A DNA stretch of 63,616 nucleotides, counting the filler, from Hausera hauseri (taxonomy: Eukaryota): NCBI GenBank assembly GCA_046269625.1. It is 12 parts of 12 records of this genome, joined end to end, with 100 filler letters (N's around TTAATTAATTAA, not from the genome) between each part and the next. Parts side by side here need not be neighbours in the genome. Positions count along the whole stretch, not along the records: positions 59,616 to 63,616 come from JBJURY010827861.1; 11 more parts are not named here. The stretch is one strand, 5' to 3'. Positions 62,310 to 63,616 of the stretch are shown here, piece by piece. Under the pieces are notes generated by a model. That model made no database searches. It saw nothing but the letters and a program-made list of their open reading frames with translations, and was not told where the DNA came from. Made by a program: the position numbers and the translations under genes. Position 1 is the first letter of the stretch; each line of letters begins with the position of its first letter.

Positions 62310-63616
62310 TCGAGCATTAAAGGCATGCGGATATATTCGCCGGTAGTTCTGGATTTATATCGAATTGCCTCGGGCTCATAGATTTCATCGTCCAATATGA
62401 CTGTTTCATCCAGCTGGACTTTTTGTTTTCTACCACACTGCGACGCCGTTGGTGTTGTTCGCACCGTATCGGAGGCCGAACTCTGAGTAATGTACTTGTC
62501 TGTCCACTTTAATTGCTTATAAATCGAGTGATAACACTGAACTAGGGCTGTGCTTCGAAGAGAGAAGCCCTTTGTATCATAAAACTTCCGAACTAACTCT
62601 TTATAAGTGTTGGTTTATAGTTGATACCGACGGATTACATCCTCATGATTAAAATATTACGAACTCCAGCTATCCGTCTGATTGGACACTTGAAATGGTT
62701 TATAACCATTTCAATCACGTCGGCTCTAATTACAATCTTGTCAGTTATAGCTTCGGTCACTCTTCGGTAAAAGTCCACTGGATCCATTTGGTTATTTATG
62801 TTAGATTCGGTGAGGCCTGTTATGTGCGTATCAAAGTTATTAATACGCTGCCTTGGGGTGATGATTCCGTAAAGTAGAGTATCTCCATTCAATGTCATGA
62901 TTGAAGCTTCAATAGGTTGAATCTGATTCCACTGGTCATAGGCCAAGTTGACGGCTGCAATGACCATGTCTTTATCCGTGACTTTGTCTAGTCTTCTGAA
63001 AGGGATGCTTTTATACTTAACGTAATCCGGTTCTGGAAGATTAAACCATCTTCCTTCTGGAAGGCTTGGGTAGAACTTTTCATTTTTAATTATTTCTAAC
63101 GCCAATATCACACGATTAGTGCAGGAGTGAATTTTGAATACATTGTCTTTGAGAAATGTGTGGTCAAAAGCAAGACCATGCTCTGGATCAACGTTGATTA
63201 AGTCTCCTCTAATAGATGTCTTTATATCTGTCGTTTTAGTGGGATTTGACCCACAATACCATACAAGTTTATCGGGTGGAGTCGGTCAGGCAGAATTATT
63301 ATATCGGTCAAAACAAATGAGGTGGCTTTGGTGATTTGCATTAAGACAATGGATCGGTTTGCCCTACTATACCCTTTCAGATTGTTTGGGATCTGTTGAG
63401 TTTGAGTGTAGTTAAGGCTGGTCATATAGTCATTGTGAGATACGTAGTATTGGTTGGATAGATTGGTATTTATCATGTGATTCTTTACATTACTGTCCCA
63501 GTGTTTGGACCGACTGATAGTCTGAATTTGATGAAAAGTTGCTGCTGAGACTGCAAAAATGAAAGTCGATACGTCATTTATCACTATGCTTAAACACAAC
63601 ACAACGGTTATCAGAC
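62310..63616 (-). pseudogene. Decayed long ORF containing a DEDDh (REX4/ISG20-like) exonuclease fold
   Basis: EASIMTLNGDTLLYGIITPRQRINNFDTHITGLTESNINNQ....FYRRVTEAITDKIVI matches SIV...G.VL.D.YVKP...I.DY.T..SGIT...L..A..F..V...V...L..KILVG. Motif I reads NLA instead of DxE. Frameshift-linked to upstream frames. Confidence 0.6.

Overview
This window is not one locus. It is 12 unrelated contigs joined by 100-nt artificial linkers (N44-TTAATTAATTAA-N44): 1-4521, 4622-11206, 11307-15720, 15821-20141, 20242-25351, 25452-29572, 29673-34619, 34720-39931, 40032-44090, 44191-54676, 54777-59515 and 59616-63616. Most of it is AT-rich animal DNA with very short (about 46-49 nt) introns, plausibly a fish-associated invertebrate parasite (inference). 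It is mixed with teleost-like DNA (ZFAT and DYNC1H1 exons, a CMC/EnSpm element) and a GC-rich bacterial sulfatase fragment. The main result is a Ty3/gypsy-type LTR retroelement family seen in three independent decayed copies (1-4521 +, 25452-29300 -, 54777-58410 -). In it, a chuvirus-like (class III, gB-type) envelope glycoprotein with its own internal signal peptide and TM anchor lies upstream of the protease. Combining the three copies gives one reading frame: AT-hook region, signal, glycoprotein, TM, linker, PR, then pol (RT, RNase H, INT). A separate contig carries RING-finger ORF, PPT, a single LTR, PBS and a Gag of about 1000 aa or more, and may be the two ends of this or a related element. 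The last contig has a DEDDh-exonuclease-like ORF next to an LTR-like sequence. Also present: four ordinary decayed Ty3/gypsy copies, a Polinton/adintovirus remnant (integrase-chromo, penton), a very divergent alpha-tubulin-like pseudogene with an N-terminal extension, an intronless SLC22 transporter, a CELF last exon and an orphan compact transcription unit behind a perfect 38-bp palindrome. All family assignments are from motif recognition by eye; no database search was run.
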